A stretch of 64,000 bases of DNA from Picochlorum sp. SENEW3 (taxonomy: Eukaryota). The number at the start of each line of letters is the position of its first letter. Position 1 is the first letter of the stretch. The position numbers and the translations under genes were made by a program. This document shows, piece by piece, positions 1 through 11,286 of the stretch. The notes below the pieces were generated by a model. It was given only the letters and a program-made list of their open reading frames with translations. It had not been told where the DNA came from and did not search any database. The stretch is from the NCBI GenBank assembly GCA_034226945.1, contig CP120460.1, positions 806,001 through 870,000 on the forward strand, written 5' to 3'.

Positions 1-986
1 GAGGCATCATTGATAGTCAAGCCCTGTACAATAGACCACTTGCCATCCTTGCATGTGCAAGGAAATGAGTACATGATATCCTTTGGAGCACCATAGCTAC
101 CATCACTCAGCACACCCATGGACACCCAGGTACCATCTGGGGTTCCCAGCACCCAATCCCTCAAATGATCGCATGCCGAGGATCCAGCCGATAATGCCGA
201 TGAGAGGCCTCGAGCCTTGATAATAGCCGCACCTCTCTGCTGCACTGTTGTGATAAACTCCCCATCCAACCATGCGTCATCCTTGATCACATCCCTGGCA
301 GGTGCCCCGTCGATCGTTGCATGATTCACATCTGGGTACTGCGTACTGGAATGATTGCCCCAGATAATCGTGTTCTTCACCTTGGAAATATGCACGCCTG
401 AGCGAACAGACAACTGTCCCATGGCCCTGTTGTGATCCAACCTCGTCATACATGTGATGTTCTCTGGTGGAATAGAAGGAGCGTGCTCCTTCAATATAAG
501 GGCATTTGTGTTTGCTGGATTCGCCACGACAACCACCTTGACATCTTTCTTCGAAAATCTCTCCAATGCAGAAGCCTGGCCTTTGTAGATTGCCACATTC
601 TTTGACATGACGTCTTTGCGCTCCATCCCTGCCTTTCTGGGGAATCCTCCCACCAATATCGCATAATCAGCATCCTTAAATGCCACTTCTGGATCAGTTG
701 TCGCAATCACATCGGTAAGGAGAGGAAATGCAGAATCGATCAGTTCCATCTTCACCCCCTCCAATGCCGTTTTCGCTGGTTCAATATCAAGCATATGCAA
801 AATGACTGGCTGATCTGGTCCCAATGCAGCACCACGGGCAATCTGTGGGCAAATTGCATATCCAATTTGACCTGCAATGGGAAAATGTATCCCGTATCAT
901 TGTGGGAAGAGTCACGTCATGAATCAGGGCAGAAAAAGCATACCAGCAGCTCCAGTGACAACGATTCTCTTTACTTCTTTCACCAT
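1..986 (-). CDS. MDH: Cytosolic NAD-malate dehydrogenase (3' end runs off the window)
   Basis: Manual translation. Exon 1 944-986 gives [19 protein letters not shown] intron 872-943; exon 2 gives QIGYAI...LHMLDI...[14 protein letters not shown]...[14 protein letters not shown]...[11 protein letters not shown]...TRLDHNRA...[12 protein letters not shown]. Confidence 0.95.
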
Positions 987-1342
987 ATTGATAGATTGAA
1001 TGGAATGAATAAAATCTAACAAAGGGTTTGGGTTATTGACCGCCTCCATCATACCTCGTGACGAGGTCATCCTAATTGTATTTATTTAAGGACTCGAACG
1101 TTGAGTCCACTCGCCGAGTGGGACTCGCTCTCTTGAGGGCTTCATGCTTTTCTTAGTCCATGTCCACTCTTCGGCCTCGTTCTTCGTGCCCAGTGCATCA
1201 TTTGACCTTAAAGTGCTATCACATTCTACAGCATGATATAAGGTTTCATAATATGTGTGTTTCCAGAAACATAATCCACTACAGAGGGAGAAAAGGTCCT
1301 TGAGCTCCTCACACCCCAACGGATTTGTTCCCAACGGTGCAC

Positions 1343-1356
1343 CGGTCACGTGACCG
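1343..1356. promoter_or_regulatory. Extended palindromic G-box (CGGTCACGTGACCG) in the divergent MDH/bHLH promoter
   Basis: Perfect 14-bp palindrome with a CACGTG core, about 145 nt upstream of the bHLH ATG. Confidence 0.45.
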
Positions 1357-1499
1357 TGACGTCGACGTGTACTATTTACGGACGTTCGTAAACAAAAAGG
1401 CGCGTGTCGAGCGCGTGTCATGGTAAAACAGACTGAATCTTTCGGCGGGCATTGAGAATGCACAGACTGCAGGCAATAAATTCTATGAATTAGGATACA

Positions 1500-2309
1500 A
1501 TGGCTATGTCAGAGAATGTGAGCGAACCTGGGAAGGAGGAGGCGCAAGAAGGGCAGGAATGTGGTGGCAGAGAGAAGCATACGAATACCTTGAATTTGCT
1601 GGATGGGGATAATTTATCATGGATTGATTTGGATGATAAGACATTGCAGTGTCTCGTAGGGGGTATGCCTCTCCCTCAGGTGGGACAGATGGACGAGGCT
1701 GGGCCGAGTGATCCATCCAAACAAGTACACTGGATTCCGGATATGGGGAAACAGGAGTGGGAAAAGAGGAAGAGTGCTGATTCGGATGAAGTCAATGGAA
1801 AATCTAAGAAGAGTAGATCTGCGGCGGCGGTGGCGAAGGCGGATAGAGAGAAGAAGAGGAGGGAAAAACTGAACTCGTGCTTTGAGGAGTTGGCACAAGT
1901 GTGCGGAGGGGAAGGGACGGGGTATAAGACTGATAGACTGTCTATTATTGTCGACGCCATACGAGTTGTGAGGCAGTTGCGGGTAGAAGTGAACCAATTG
2001 AGGCAGTTGAACAAGTTTCTGGAGGAGAGGACAGGGACATTGGAGAGGGAGAGGGCACAAGTCATGTATCAGCAATATCCAGGGGTTCAGCACCATATGG
2101 TGCAGCAGGTGCCTCAGCCACAGGTAGCAAGTCATTCTTTTGTAGATCATAATAGCAATGGATTAGGGAAACACGACCAGCAGTATGGTATGATGGCACC
2201 ACAGCAGCAACAGCAGCAGCAGCCACATGGTGATGTTGTGCAGGGCAAGCCATGGTTGCCAGCATCAAACCTGTCAGAGGATGAGAAATTACGTCCTCCT
2301 GCAGCGTAA
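1500..2309 (+). CDS. bHLH-leucine zipper transcription factor, subgroup IVc (ILR3/bHLH105-like)
   Basis: KADREKKRREKLNSCFEELA...KTDRLSIIVDAIRVVRQLR, then a coiled coil, a Q-rich region and the C-terminus DEKLRPPAA. Confidence 0.85.
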   Translation: MAMSENVSEPGKEEAQEGQECGGREKHTNTLNLLDGDNLSWIDLDDKTLQCLVGGMPLPQVGQMDEAGPSDPSKQVHWIPDMGKQEWEKRKSADSDEVNGKSKKSRSAAAVAKADREKKRREKLNSCFEELAQVCGGEGTGYKTDRLSIIVDAIRVVRQLRVEVNQLRQLNKFLEERTGTLERERAQVMYQQYPGVQHHMVQQVPQPQVASHSFVDHNSNGLGKHDQQYGMMAPQQQQQQQPHGDVVQGKPWLPASNLSEDEKLRPPAA

Positions 2310-2345
2310 AGTGAATGAATCTGTGGTATATTTAAATGTAATTCA

Positions 2346-3986
2346 TTAAATAGAGAGTTTTTTGGTCTGTTTGACCAGGCTTTGAACAGCAGCATGTATA
2401 TCCTGTTCCGTGTGTGTTGCACTCACAGTCACCTTGATGCTCGGCGGAGGCCTGTGCGATGCATCCAGTTTAGAGTATTTCGCTACTGTAAATAGAATAT
2501 TGTCTTCTTCGAGACATGCTTGCACTGTATGCTGCAGCAGGAGTTCAGTAGAGTCCCAGGTGGAGGTGTCTGTACTCACATGTGCAAGCCTCACATGAAT
2601 CAGGGGAGAGATGCCATGTTCACCATCCGACACCGTGTCAAACAACTTTTTCTCATTTTGCAGCAGCTGTCTAAAAAGACGGGCATTCTTTGTCAACGAT
2701 GTTGCTCGTACCCCTTGGTCTTGTTCAATAATGTCCAGAGCAGCCATTGTTGTTGATGCTAAATAGGGAGGAAGAGATGCAGAAAAGCAATATCCAAGAC
2801 CACTTAACCTTTGATGATCTACCATTTCACGGGATCCCGCACAGAATCCTCCAATAGATGCCACCGCATTGCCCAAAGATGCTGCAATAATATCAACATC
2901 TTCCGGATCCACACCACAGTGCTCTGCTGCACCTCTCCCTGTAGCTCCCAGAACACCGAGAGACAATGATTCGTCAACAATCAGTCGGAATTTATATTTA
3001 TTTTTCACACGCACGATATCGCGGAGAGGCGCGATATCGCCAGTGTTGTGATACAATCCTTCAACAACTACAAACCTCCTGTTCAAAGGTTTTTTCAACC
3101 TCTTCTCCTCTGCAACAATCTTCGCCAACGTCTTTTCTAAATCCCCGACATCATTATGCTTGAACGTAAATACTTTCGCTCTGGACAAGGTGCATCCTGC
3201 ACGCACAGCACTTGCACACCCATCATCAATCACCACCACATCCTTTGCATTTGCAAATGCAGGTATAATAGAAGGTACGGTCGCAGCATCATACGAATAC
3301 AAAATAGCTTCTTCGGTTTTCATAAACTCAGAGAGATGCTTTTCCAAGTCTAAATGTACGTCTATTGTCCCATAGAATCCTCTGGGACCACATGAACCAA
3401 CACCATACTTGTCCATGGTAGCTTGACCAGCATCCTCGACACGTTTTTCGTCCGCCAGTCCCAAGAAATTGGTAGTACAGAAATCAAGCACCCCATCGAC
3501 CCCATTCACCGTCATGGTGCGCCCAGCATGAGACGATATGGTGGGGGTATTCGCCATCCATGTCTTTTGAAACTCTGTCACCTCCCCATACAAAGGCTCT
3601 GGTTCCCACTCTCGACACAGCTCATTAATCTCATCTTCTGTAAGCCCTTCACCAACCATTCTCGTTTTCCTCGGTTTGGAAGACCCTTGTAACATGAACC
3701 GAGCAATAATAATCATCATCAATCCTTCCAACACCAAATGGCCCTTGTGTTCTATAAATCCAGATGGATGCCAAGCACCCCCAGGCTTTATCGTATCCCA
3801 TCCACGCCGCACAACACCCAGAGGGTCTTCATAGAGTTCCATGAACAGATTCCCAGCCACACGACGCAGCTTGCTGCTATCAATGTCGAGTGACGTGACG
3901 TCCATCCCACCCAGATGCACGAGATAGGCGGCTCCAATTCCTAAACAGCAGAAAATTATAAATATTCTTGCAGAGTGAGACTCCAT
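2346..3986 (-). CDS. LCB1: Serine palmitoyltransferase subunit 1 (long-chain base biosynthesis 1)
   Basis: KYGVGSCGPRGFYGTIDVHLDLE, HQRLSGLGYCFSASLPPYL and an N-terminal TM segment. The PLP lysine is absent (SLGNAVAS), as expected for LCB1. Confidence 0.93.
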   Translation of the reverse strand: MESHSARIFIIFCCLGIGAAYLVHLGGMDVTSLDIDSSKLRRVAGNLFMELYEDPLGVVRRGWDTIKPGGAWHPSGFIEHKGHLVLEGLMMIIIARFMLQGSSKPRKTRMVGEGLTEDEINELCREWEPEPLYGEVTEFQKTWMANTPTISSHAGRTMTVNGVDGVLDFCTTNFLGLADEKRVEDAGQATMDKYGVGSCGPRGFYGTIDVHLDLEKHLSEFMKTEEAILYSYDAATVPSIIPAFANAKDVVVIDDGCASAVRAGCTLSRAKVFTFKHNDVGDLEKTLAKIVAEEKRLKKPLNRRFVVVEGLYHNTGDIAPLRDIVRVKNKYKFRLIVDESLSLGVLGATGRGAAEHCGVDPEDVDIIAASLGNAVASIGGFCAGSREMVDHQRLSGLGYCFSASLPPYLASTTMAALDIIEQDQGVRATSLTKNARLFRQLLQNEKKLFDTVSDGEHGISPLIHVRLAHVSTDTSTWDSTELLLQHTVQACLEEDNILFTVAKYSKLDASHRPPPSIKVTVSATHTEQDIHAAVQSLVKQTKKLSI

Positions 3987-4297
3987 GATGGTGCTACTCT
4001 CTCGTCAGGTACCAATGCGCTCTGTCCGTTGAAAGGACTCCCTGTCAGGCTCTTTGTTCCTCCAAACAATCACCTACAGCATGTACCATAGTATGCCTAT
4101 GATGAATTAATTTGAGTGAAATCATGGCCGATCAAATACCTAGTCTGTGGCAGAAGGGACATGAGAATATTTCTAAATCCTTACAGTCCGATTTAGAATG
4201 GAACCGGTTGTGGACAAACTGACGCAGAGGTTCGCCCGGGGATATGATGTAATACCAACAACAATCTGTCCTCTGCAATCTATTTGATATTGTAGTC

Positions 4298-7200
4298 ATG
4301 GGGGAAAATGGAGGAGGAGACGCTGTTGCGTCCGTTGTCAATAATATTCTCAACGTTTCCAGCGGAGGACCTGCGAATGTGGAACTCTTGGATCGCACAG
4401 TTGATTCTTTCTATACAGCAGTGTCAAATGAACAGGTATGATTCTGAAGGACTGGTATTCATGCATTGTTGCTGTTGATTGGCTCGAAGATCGTCAATCA
4501 CTACCTGGACAACCCTTTTAGGGTGAGACACGTGGGATATTGATGAATTATATGTATTTTTTACAGAGAATCCAAGCTGAAGCTGTTTTAAAGCAATTGC
4601 AAGAACACCCTGATGCTTGGACGAGGGTGGATGCCATTCTAGAGCAGACAAAGAATCAGCAGACCAAGTTCTATGGGTTGCAGGTGCGTGTGATTGGTTG
4701 ATGTGTTTCACCTCATGATTGGAATGATGACGGAATTAATGCGTGTAGATTCTGGAGAGTGTGATTACCACGAGGTGGGGAGCTCTGCCAGATGAACAGA
4801 GGGAAGGGATTAAAACATATGTTAGTAATCTGATTATTAAGATTGCGACGGAGGAGACGACGTTTAGGAAGGAGAAAATATTCTTACATAAATTGAATCT
4901 GGTACTTGTGGATATTTTGAAGCAGGATTGGCCGCATAAATGGCCATCCTTCATTCCAGATATTGTTGGGGCTTCAAAGACAAATGAGACATTGTGCGAG
5001 AACTCCATGCATATTTTGAGATTGTTGAGTGAGGAGGTATTTGATTTCTCGAAGAATAGTATGACTGTGGCGAAGACAAAGGAAATGAAGGGATCATTCA
5101 ATGAACAGTTTGCGGCTGTACATGAATTGTGTCTCATGGTGTTGAATGCAAGTCAGCGGCAGAGTTTGATAATGGCGACCTTGTCGACGTTGAATGCCTT
5201 CCTTTCTTGGGTTCCTTTGGGATACATTTTAGAGTCGAATATGGTAGATATGCTGCTGGGGCTTGTGGCGTCACCTCCGTATCGGAATGTGACTCTCTCG
5301 TGCTTGACTGAGGTGGGGGCTCTGCAAGTGGGAGAGGAGCACGACGGGAAATTTGTCACCATGTATTCTGTTTTTATGAGACAGTTGGCATTTATGCTTC
5401 CTGAGGGAACAAATATCCCACAAGCGCATGCGAATGGATCGGATGAGGATCAGGCATTTGTGCAAAATTTGGCACTGTTTTTCACGTCGTTTTTCAGAGC
5501 CCACATGCCTGCTTTGGAGACAGCTTCTAATGAAAGCCAGATGGAGTTACTGAAAGGTTTGGAAATACTTGTGAATATATCATATGTGGAGGATGACGAA
5601 GTTTTGAAGATTTGCTTGGATTATTGGAACTTTTTTGTTCCTGACATTTACTCATCTGTGACTGCTGAGCCAAATGCGGCATATGCATTTGCTGGTGCGC
5701 AAAAGGTCAGAACTGGTCGGAGACAGTTTTTCGGCGGGATTTTATCGCAACTTAGATCACTCATGATTGCCCGCATGGCCAAGCCAGAGGAAGTGATTGT
5801 TGTCGAGGATGAAAATGGAAATGTCGTGAGAGAAACGATGAAGGACACTGATGTATTGGCGCGATACAAGACGATGCATGAGACATTGGTCTATTTGAGT
5901 CATCTGGATCACGAGGATACTGAGAAGCAGATGTTGGATACCCTTAGAATGCAGATAAATGGTAGAACAGAAGGGTGGGGAGCATTGAACAGGCTTTGCT
6001 GGGCCATTGGATCAGTGTCTGGAAGTATGGTGGAGGAGCAAGAGAATCGATTCCTGGTGACGGTGATTAGGGACTTGCTGAATTTATGCGAGATTACGCG
6101 AGGGAAAGATAACAAGGCTGTGATTGCCTCTAATATCATGTATGTTGTTGGCCAGTACCCTCGATTCTTAAGGAACCACTGGAAGTTCCTGAAAACTGTC
6201 GTGAATAAACAGTTTGAGTTTATGCATGAACCTCACCCTGGTGTCCAAGACATGGCGTGTGAGACTTTTCTGAAGATCGTCACAAAGTGCAAGAAGAAGT
6301 TTGTAGTTCTCCAAGTTGGCGAAACAGAACCGTTTGTCTCAGAGCTGCTGACGAATCTGACGGACACAATCAAGGATTTAGAAAAGCATCAAATTCATAT
6401 GTTTTACGAGGCAGTTGGTATAATGATTAGCTCTGAGCCAGATTCGAAGAAAAAGGAAGAGTATTTGGATAGACTCATGCTTCCACCTAATTCGTTCTGG
6501 ACTTCAATAATTCAGCAAGCAGGCCAGAACGTCGAAGTTCTGAAGTCGACAGAAACAGTGAAAAATGTTCAGAATATCTTGCAAACAAATGTTTCCGTAT
6601 GCTCTTCTTTGGGAGGTCCATTTGTCACACAGCTGAATCGCATCTTCATGGACATGCTCTCTGTATACAAAATGTATTCAGAACTGATTAGTTCTACAAT
6701 TGCTACTGGTGGCCCTCACGCTGCAAAAAGCTCGGAAGTCAAAGCAATGAGAAGCGTGAAGAAGGTAACGTTAAAACTCATCGAAACATTTGTAGAGAAA
6801 ACAACCGACCTAGACATGGTCGTGTCTCAGCACGTCCCAGCAATGATGGACCCTATCCTGGGCGACTATGCTCGAAACGTTCCAGATGCGCGTGACGCTG
6901 AGGTTTTGTCGATGTTTGCTGCAATGATTAATAGATTGCGCGAAAAGATGGAGCCAGAGGTGCCTCGCATTTTTGAAGCAGTGTTTGAGTGTACGCTGGG
7001 AATGATCACGCAAAACATGGAAGATTACCCGGAGCATAGACTTAAATTCTTTGGCCTCCTTAGAGCTGTGACAAAATTCTGCCCACGAACATTGTTCAAT
7101 ATGTCAGAAGGGCAGTTGAAACTAGTCATAGATTCTGTGATTTGGGCATTCAGGCATACTGAGAGAAATATAGCAGACACAGGCCTGCGCCTATTATATG

Positions 7201-7727
7201 AAATGCTAAACACATTCAAGAATAGCGATGCGGCGACAGCATTCTATAAGGCTTACTACTTGCAGCTCCTCAGAGAAGTATTTGCAGTCCTCACGGATAC
7301 GTTCCATAAGCCAGGTTTTGTACTGCAAGCCCATATCTTGCACCATTTGTTCTCTGTCGTCCAGTCAGATGTCATCAAGGCCCCATTATGGGACGATAGC
7401 TTGGGTCCAGCTGCATACCCTTCCAACGTTGCTTTCATTCAGTCGCACACTTCTGAGATGCTCTCAACGTCATTCCCCAACCTTCGACCTCAGCAAGTGC
7501 AAGCAGCTGTGATTGGCATGCTTGATCTGAAGGAAATAAGCTCTTTCAAACAGCATTTGAGAGACTTTTTGGTACAATCGAACAAGTTCATGGACCAAAA
7601 CAACGCTGATCTCTATGCGGAAGAGGTGGCTGCGGCCAAGAAGGCAGAGTTGCAGAGGATGGCACAAATCCCTGGTCTCTTGCATGACCAGGATGACCTG
7701 GCTGCTGACAACGCCGACTCTGACTAG
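4298..7727 (+). CDS. XPO1: Exportin-1 (CRM1)
   Basis: Exons 4298-4435, 4567-4683 and 4749-7727. Motifs MAKPEEVIVVEDENG, LNRLCWAIGSVSG, DLLNLCEITRGKDNKAVIASNIMY and QYPRFLRNHWKFL. Confidence 0.97.
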
Positions 7728-7798
7728 AAGAATAGAATATATATTACAAACAAACAGGTAACAAATCAATACTGAATACAATGAATTAAATACGGTAC

Positions 7799-8985
7799 TC
7801 ATGCCGACAGTACCGTGCTATACTGTGGTGTTTGCCCACCTTGCACTGTATAGTAGTCGACAACCATGGCATTGCGTGCCACCCTCACAGCCACAAAACC
7901 AGGTTTCGTGTACTGATACATCGATCCCGCATCGCCGATAAAACCCCTATCACAATCTGAACCCGCGCCAGTTACAAAATACTGCGTGCGAATGTCATCG
8001 AATTTCAAATGTTCCAAGCTATGATCATGCCCAGAAAACAATGCCTGGACACCCTGTCGTTGCAGTATAGGTTCCAAATTCTCAATCAAATCTGTATTAT
8101 TTCCATGATCTCCGTTGCTTCGCGGCGGGTGATGTCCTACAACAATCTTCCATGGAGCAACAGAATTCTCCAAATCACTTTCTAATTCCTTCAACTGTGA
8201 CTCCCAATCCTGCTCTTGGATTCCCCCAGGATACCTGGCCCATTCAGTCTCGTGATAACTCAAAATCATAGGAGACGTATCAATAAAGAACACGTCAATC
8301 AGTCCGTTCCCAAAGCTCTTCCTATACCGCCTCTGACAAAACCATCGATCATCCCGGGATGCCAAACCCACTCCCAATTGATGCCGTGGACTGCGATCGC
8401 AGTCATCCGATGCATCATTCTCACAGTACCCCTCAATGCCATCTCCATAGTCATGATTCCCCAATACAGCATACCAAGGAATCTGTAGGGACCAATCAGT
8501 GTATACATTCTTGAAAGATGCATCAAACAATGCATCATCTGTACTATTTAACCCATTGGGATAGAAATTATCTCCTGTCGACACAACAAAATGGGGCCTC
8601 CTTGTCCTGCCTACGTGACCCATTAAGCGAGCCACGCCAGTCTGATTCCCCGTCCCTTCCCGACCCCAATCCCCTAGAATAAAAAATACAACGCCATCCT
8701 CATCACTTCGATCTGCCATGGACGCTGCTGCGTGAACAAATAAAAAAGTCGTCCCCAACAGAAACACCACCAATCCGCAAACCAAGAATATTTTGGACCA
8801 TAACGATGCATCTGTATAACATTAATGATATAAATACCCCAATGGATCCATCAAACAAGGCATAGAAGCATACACATACGTTGCCAGGCACTTTTTGGTG
8901 GTTCTTCCCTTCGCTGTGCAAGCAGCTCCGAATCAAATCCACCACCCAAAGGCTCTGATTCGATCTGCAACCCTTTTTTATCCAT
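7799..8985 (-). CDS. Purple acid phosphatase (small TRAP/PAP17-like metallophosphoesterase)
   Basis: GDWG, GDNFY, GNHD, VGHH and GHDH metal motifs. An upstream exon 8880-8985 is joined by a GT-AG intron; N-terminal hydrophobic anchor. Confidence 0.9.
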
Positions 8986-9020
8986 AATTATTCATTTACA
9001 TTAAAAAATTGCGTGATTCA

Positions 9021-9323
9021 GTTGCATCCCTGCCCCTAAGAGCGATTTCAATGTGAAAGAATCTTTGCTCCGATTCCATTGGAAGCCTGCAGGACAGGCC
9101 AGCTGGAGCCTGCAGGCTCTCGTGGCATTGTGGGTTTCGTCACACCAGAATCCATACAACATGGATCTTGATTCCTCTTCATCCACCTCTGTCATTTCAG
9201 AGAAGAAACGTGCATCAGGTTTTATTTTGAAACTCTTTTAGTCTTGAGACAATGCTCATCGAGATGCATACCCTGTTGTTGTCTTTCGGTGCATAACACA
9301 GAGTCCAACAGTTCCAGGATCCA
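9021..9323 (+). repeat. Left copy of a direct duplication (matches 12795-13178), including a decayed copy of the TauD gene 3' end
   Basis: Near-identical from GTTGCATCCCTGCCCCTAAGAGCG to CCAGGATCCA; 96 nt of the right copy are replaced here by 15 nt. Confidence 0.95.
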
Positions 9324-9325
9324 CC

Positions 9326-9493
9326 TTCACAAAGTTTGGTGAATATCGTCAACTCGTACGAGAAACGGTTGACGAACTTCTGGGTGACCCCTCCATATCT
9401 TCACGGGTTGCTATTACCCTTGCCCATGGCTCCTCTGGTATTGGGGCTGCAGTCGTCGCAGCAGTAGAAACATCATCATCACCCTATGTGTAA
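9326..9493 (+). pseudogene. Orphan hexokinase C-terminal fragment
   Basis: Translates FTKFGEYRQLVRETVDELLGDPSISSRVAITLAHGSSGIGAAVVAAVETSSSPYV*, resembling the hexokinase C-terminus (ELLG...DGSGIGAALLAA). No upstream hexokinase sequence is present. Confidence 0.7.
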
Positions 9494-9764
9494 TTCGATG
9501 ATTTGGTATCACCATCACGTGGTCATTATTCACATCTCGATTGTGTTCTTTTTTAGCTGTTCATGGCATGTCTGGTGGTGTTGGTGTCAAGCAGTGTACG
9601 TGGTATGCTGAGGATCAGATGCCAACTGAACGTGGTCATCAGATCGAGTAACGATACTTCCATCTTCAGGGGATAGTATCATACAATGGTTCGTTGTGAC
9701 AGATGCATCTTTATTAGTATTATTATATATGTTCGACCGAGACGTGGATGACATGGGCATACTG

Positions 9765-10854
9765 CTACCCCAAGACACTGAGAAGAAGTATCAGACAAAT
9801 TCCAGCGCTGACGATGCATGCGCCAGGAGAGGAATTCTGCTGCCCACCACTGTCCGGTGATGACGCCACGCTCTCCTCAATGGACTGTACCCTCGTCAGT
9901 ACATTCGACGAATCATCACACGAACTAGAAATGGACAGCTCATCTGGCACCCCAAACAATGTGCATGTGGAATTTTTCTTCTCCAACTCTTTCCTTGCAA
10001 AATACACTTCAGACATGGTTCCCTCGTACACTCGGTTCCCGACATCATTGCACTCAGTAATCATTCCTAGTCTGGTGAACGGTTCCCCAGTCGTCTGATC
10101 GATACCAGTGCTGATGACATGCCCTTGATACACAATCGTTGCTTCCACCACTGAAGAGCCGTCAAACCCACCATTGTAGTACACACCATTCACTCCCCCT
10201 TGTTCAGAAGTTCCACATGCTGTCATAGCATTTGATGGGTTGAACAGGAGCGTATCTTGTACGAAAGTACCGTCGAGCACAGCATTCGACGGAAGTCTTG
10301 ATGGACCTTGAGTCACATTCCACACTGGCTGCTCATCCTCATTTCCGCACACCAGATTCTTTGGATACTCGATCGTACTATTCAACCTCTTCATACTGTT
10401 AATAGCCACAATATCCAGCTCCTTGGAAGATTTCCCATTCTCAAAAATACTCGAGTCTGGACAAGAGTTGATATCAACAGCGTACTGCATGACATCACCT
10501 TGTAACTTGAAAAGGACGCACAAACGGCTACCTAGATACCCATCATTTGATATAAATTGCCTGGTTGCTAGTTGATTTACTTCACCAGGCGTTCCTGTGC
10601 ACTCCCAAGAGGTAAAGTCTGACTGAACAGCGTTCAGCTGTGGTAACGAGTCCTCGACATTGTGCTCGGAGTCGAAGGCCACGGCCCCACTATAGCTTCC
10701 ATTGTTAATAAGAACGATTGTCTCATTCAGAGATGACCAAACCCCAAACAAATCTGGAGCTCCACCCGGGTTTGCGAGTGATACGGGAAGCGCGGCCCTT
10801 GTGCCTGCCACACAGGCACACGACAGCCAACACGTGGCTGAGAAGTACCATCAT
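9765..10854 (-). CDS. Putative secreted/GPI-anchored Cys-containing surface protein, with an apparent frameshift in the signal peptide
   Basis: 348-aa ORF with a hydrophobic C-terminal tail (CIVSAGICLILLLSVLG). ATG at 10854 gives MMVLLSHVLAVVCLC in a different frame. Confidence 0.65.
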
Positions 10855-11286
10855 ATGTACGATCGAGATCACAGAATCTACACTGATTGACTATTATTAT
10901 TGGCGCTCCGTATATCCCGAAGTATATCTGTGGCCTACATCAGTGCCTGCCAGTTGGCCATCAGCTCGTATTCTATTACGAATAGGATAATTTGAGACTT
11001 TAAGAATGTATAACGAGCAGTATTGTGCACATCAGTGCTTATTGAGACATTGTTTTGGCGACGACATGTTTGAATTCAATCCAGGATTTTGGCATGCGTG
11101 TCCTGTATACAAGTATGTACTGGTGCTGATGACTCAAGTCATGAACTCGAGCTCATCATGATGATTACTGATCATGATCATCACTGATCAGTGATATATA
11201 TCATTCATCGATGAAGCAACTACATCTAGATGTAGTATTGCTGTTATCAGCATGCTGACCAATCCAACGGATTATATCCTTCTATA

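Noticed and set aside
11153..11236. Possible CRISPR array or MITE
   Set aside because: The palindromes all differ in sequence; there is no repeat-spacer periodicity and no terminal inverted repeat with target duplication.
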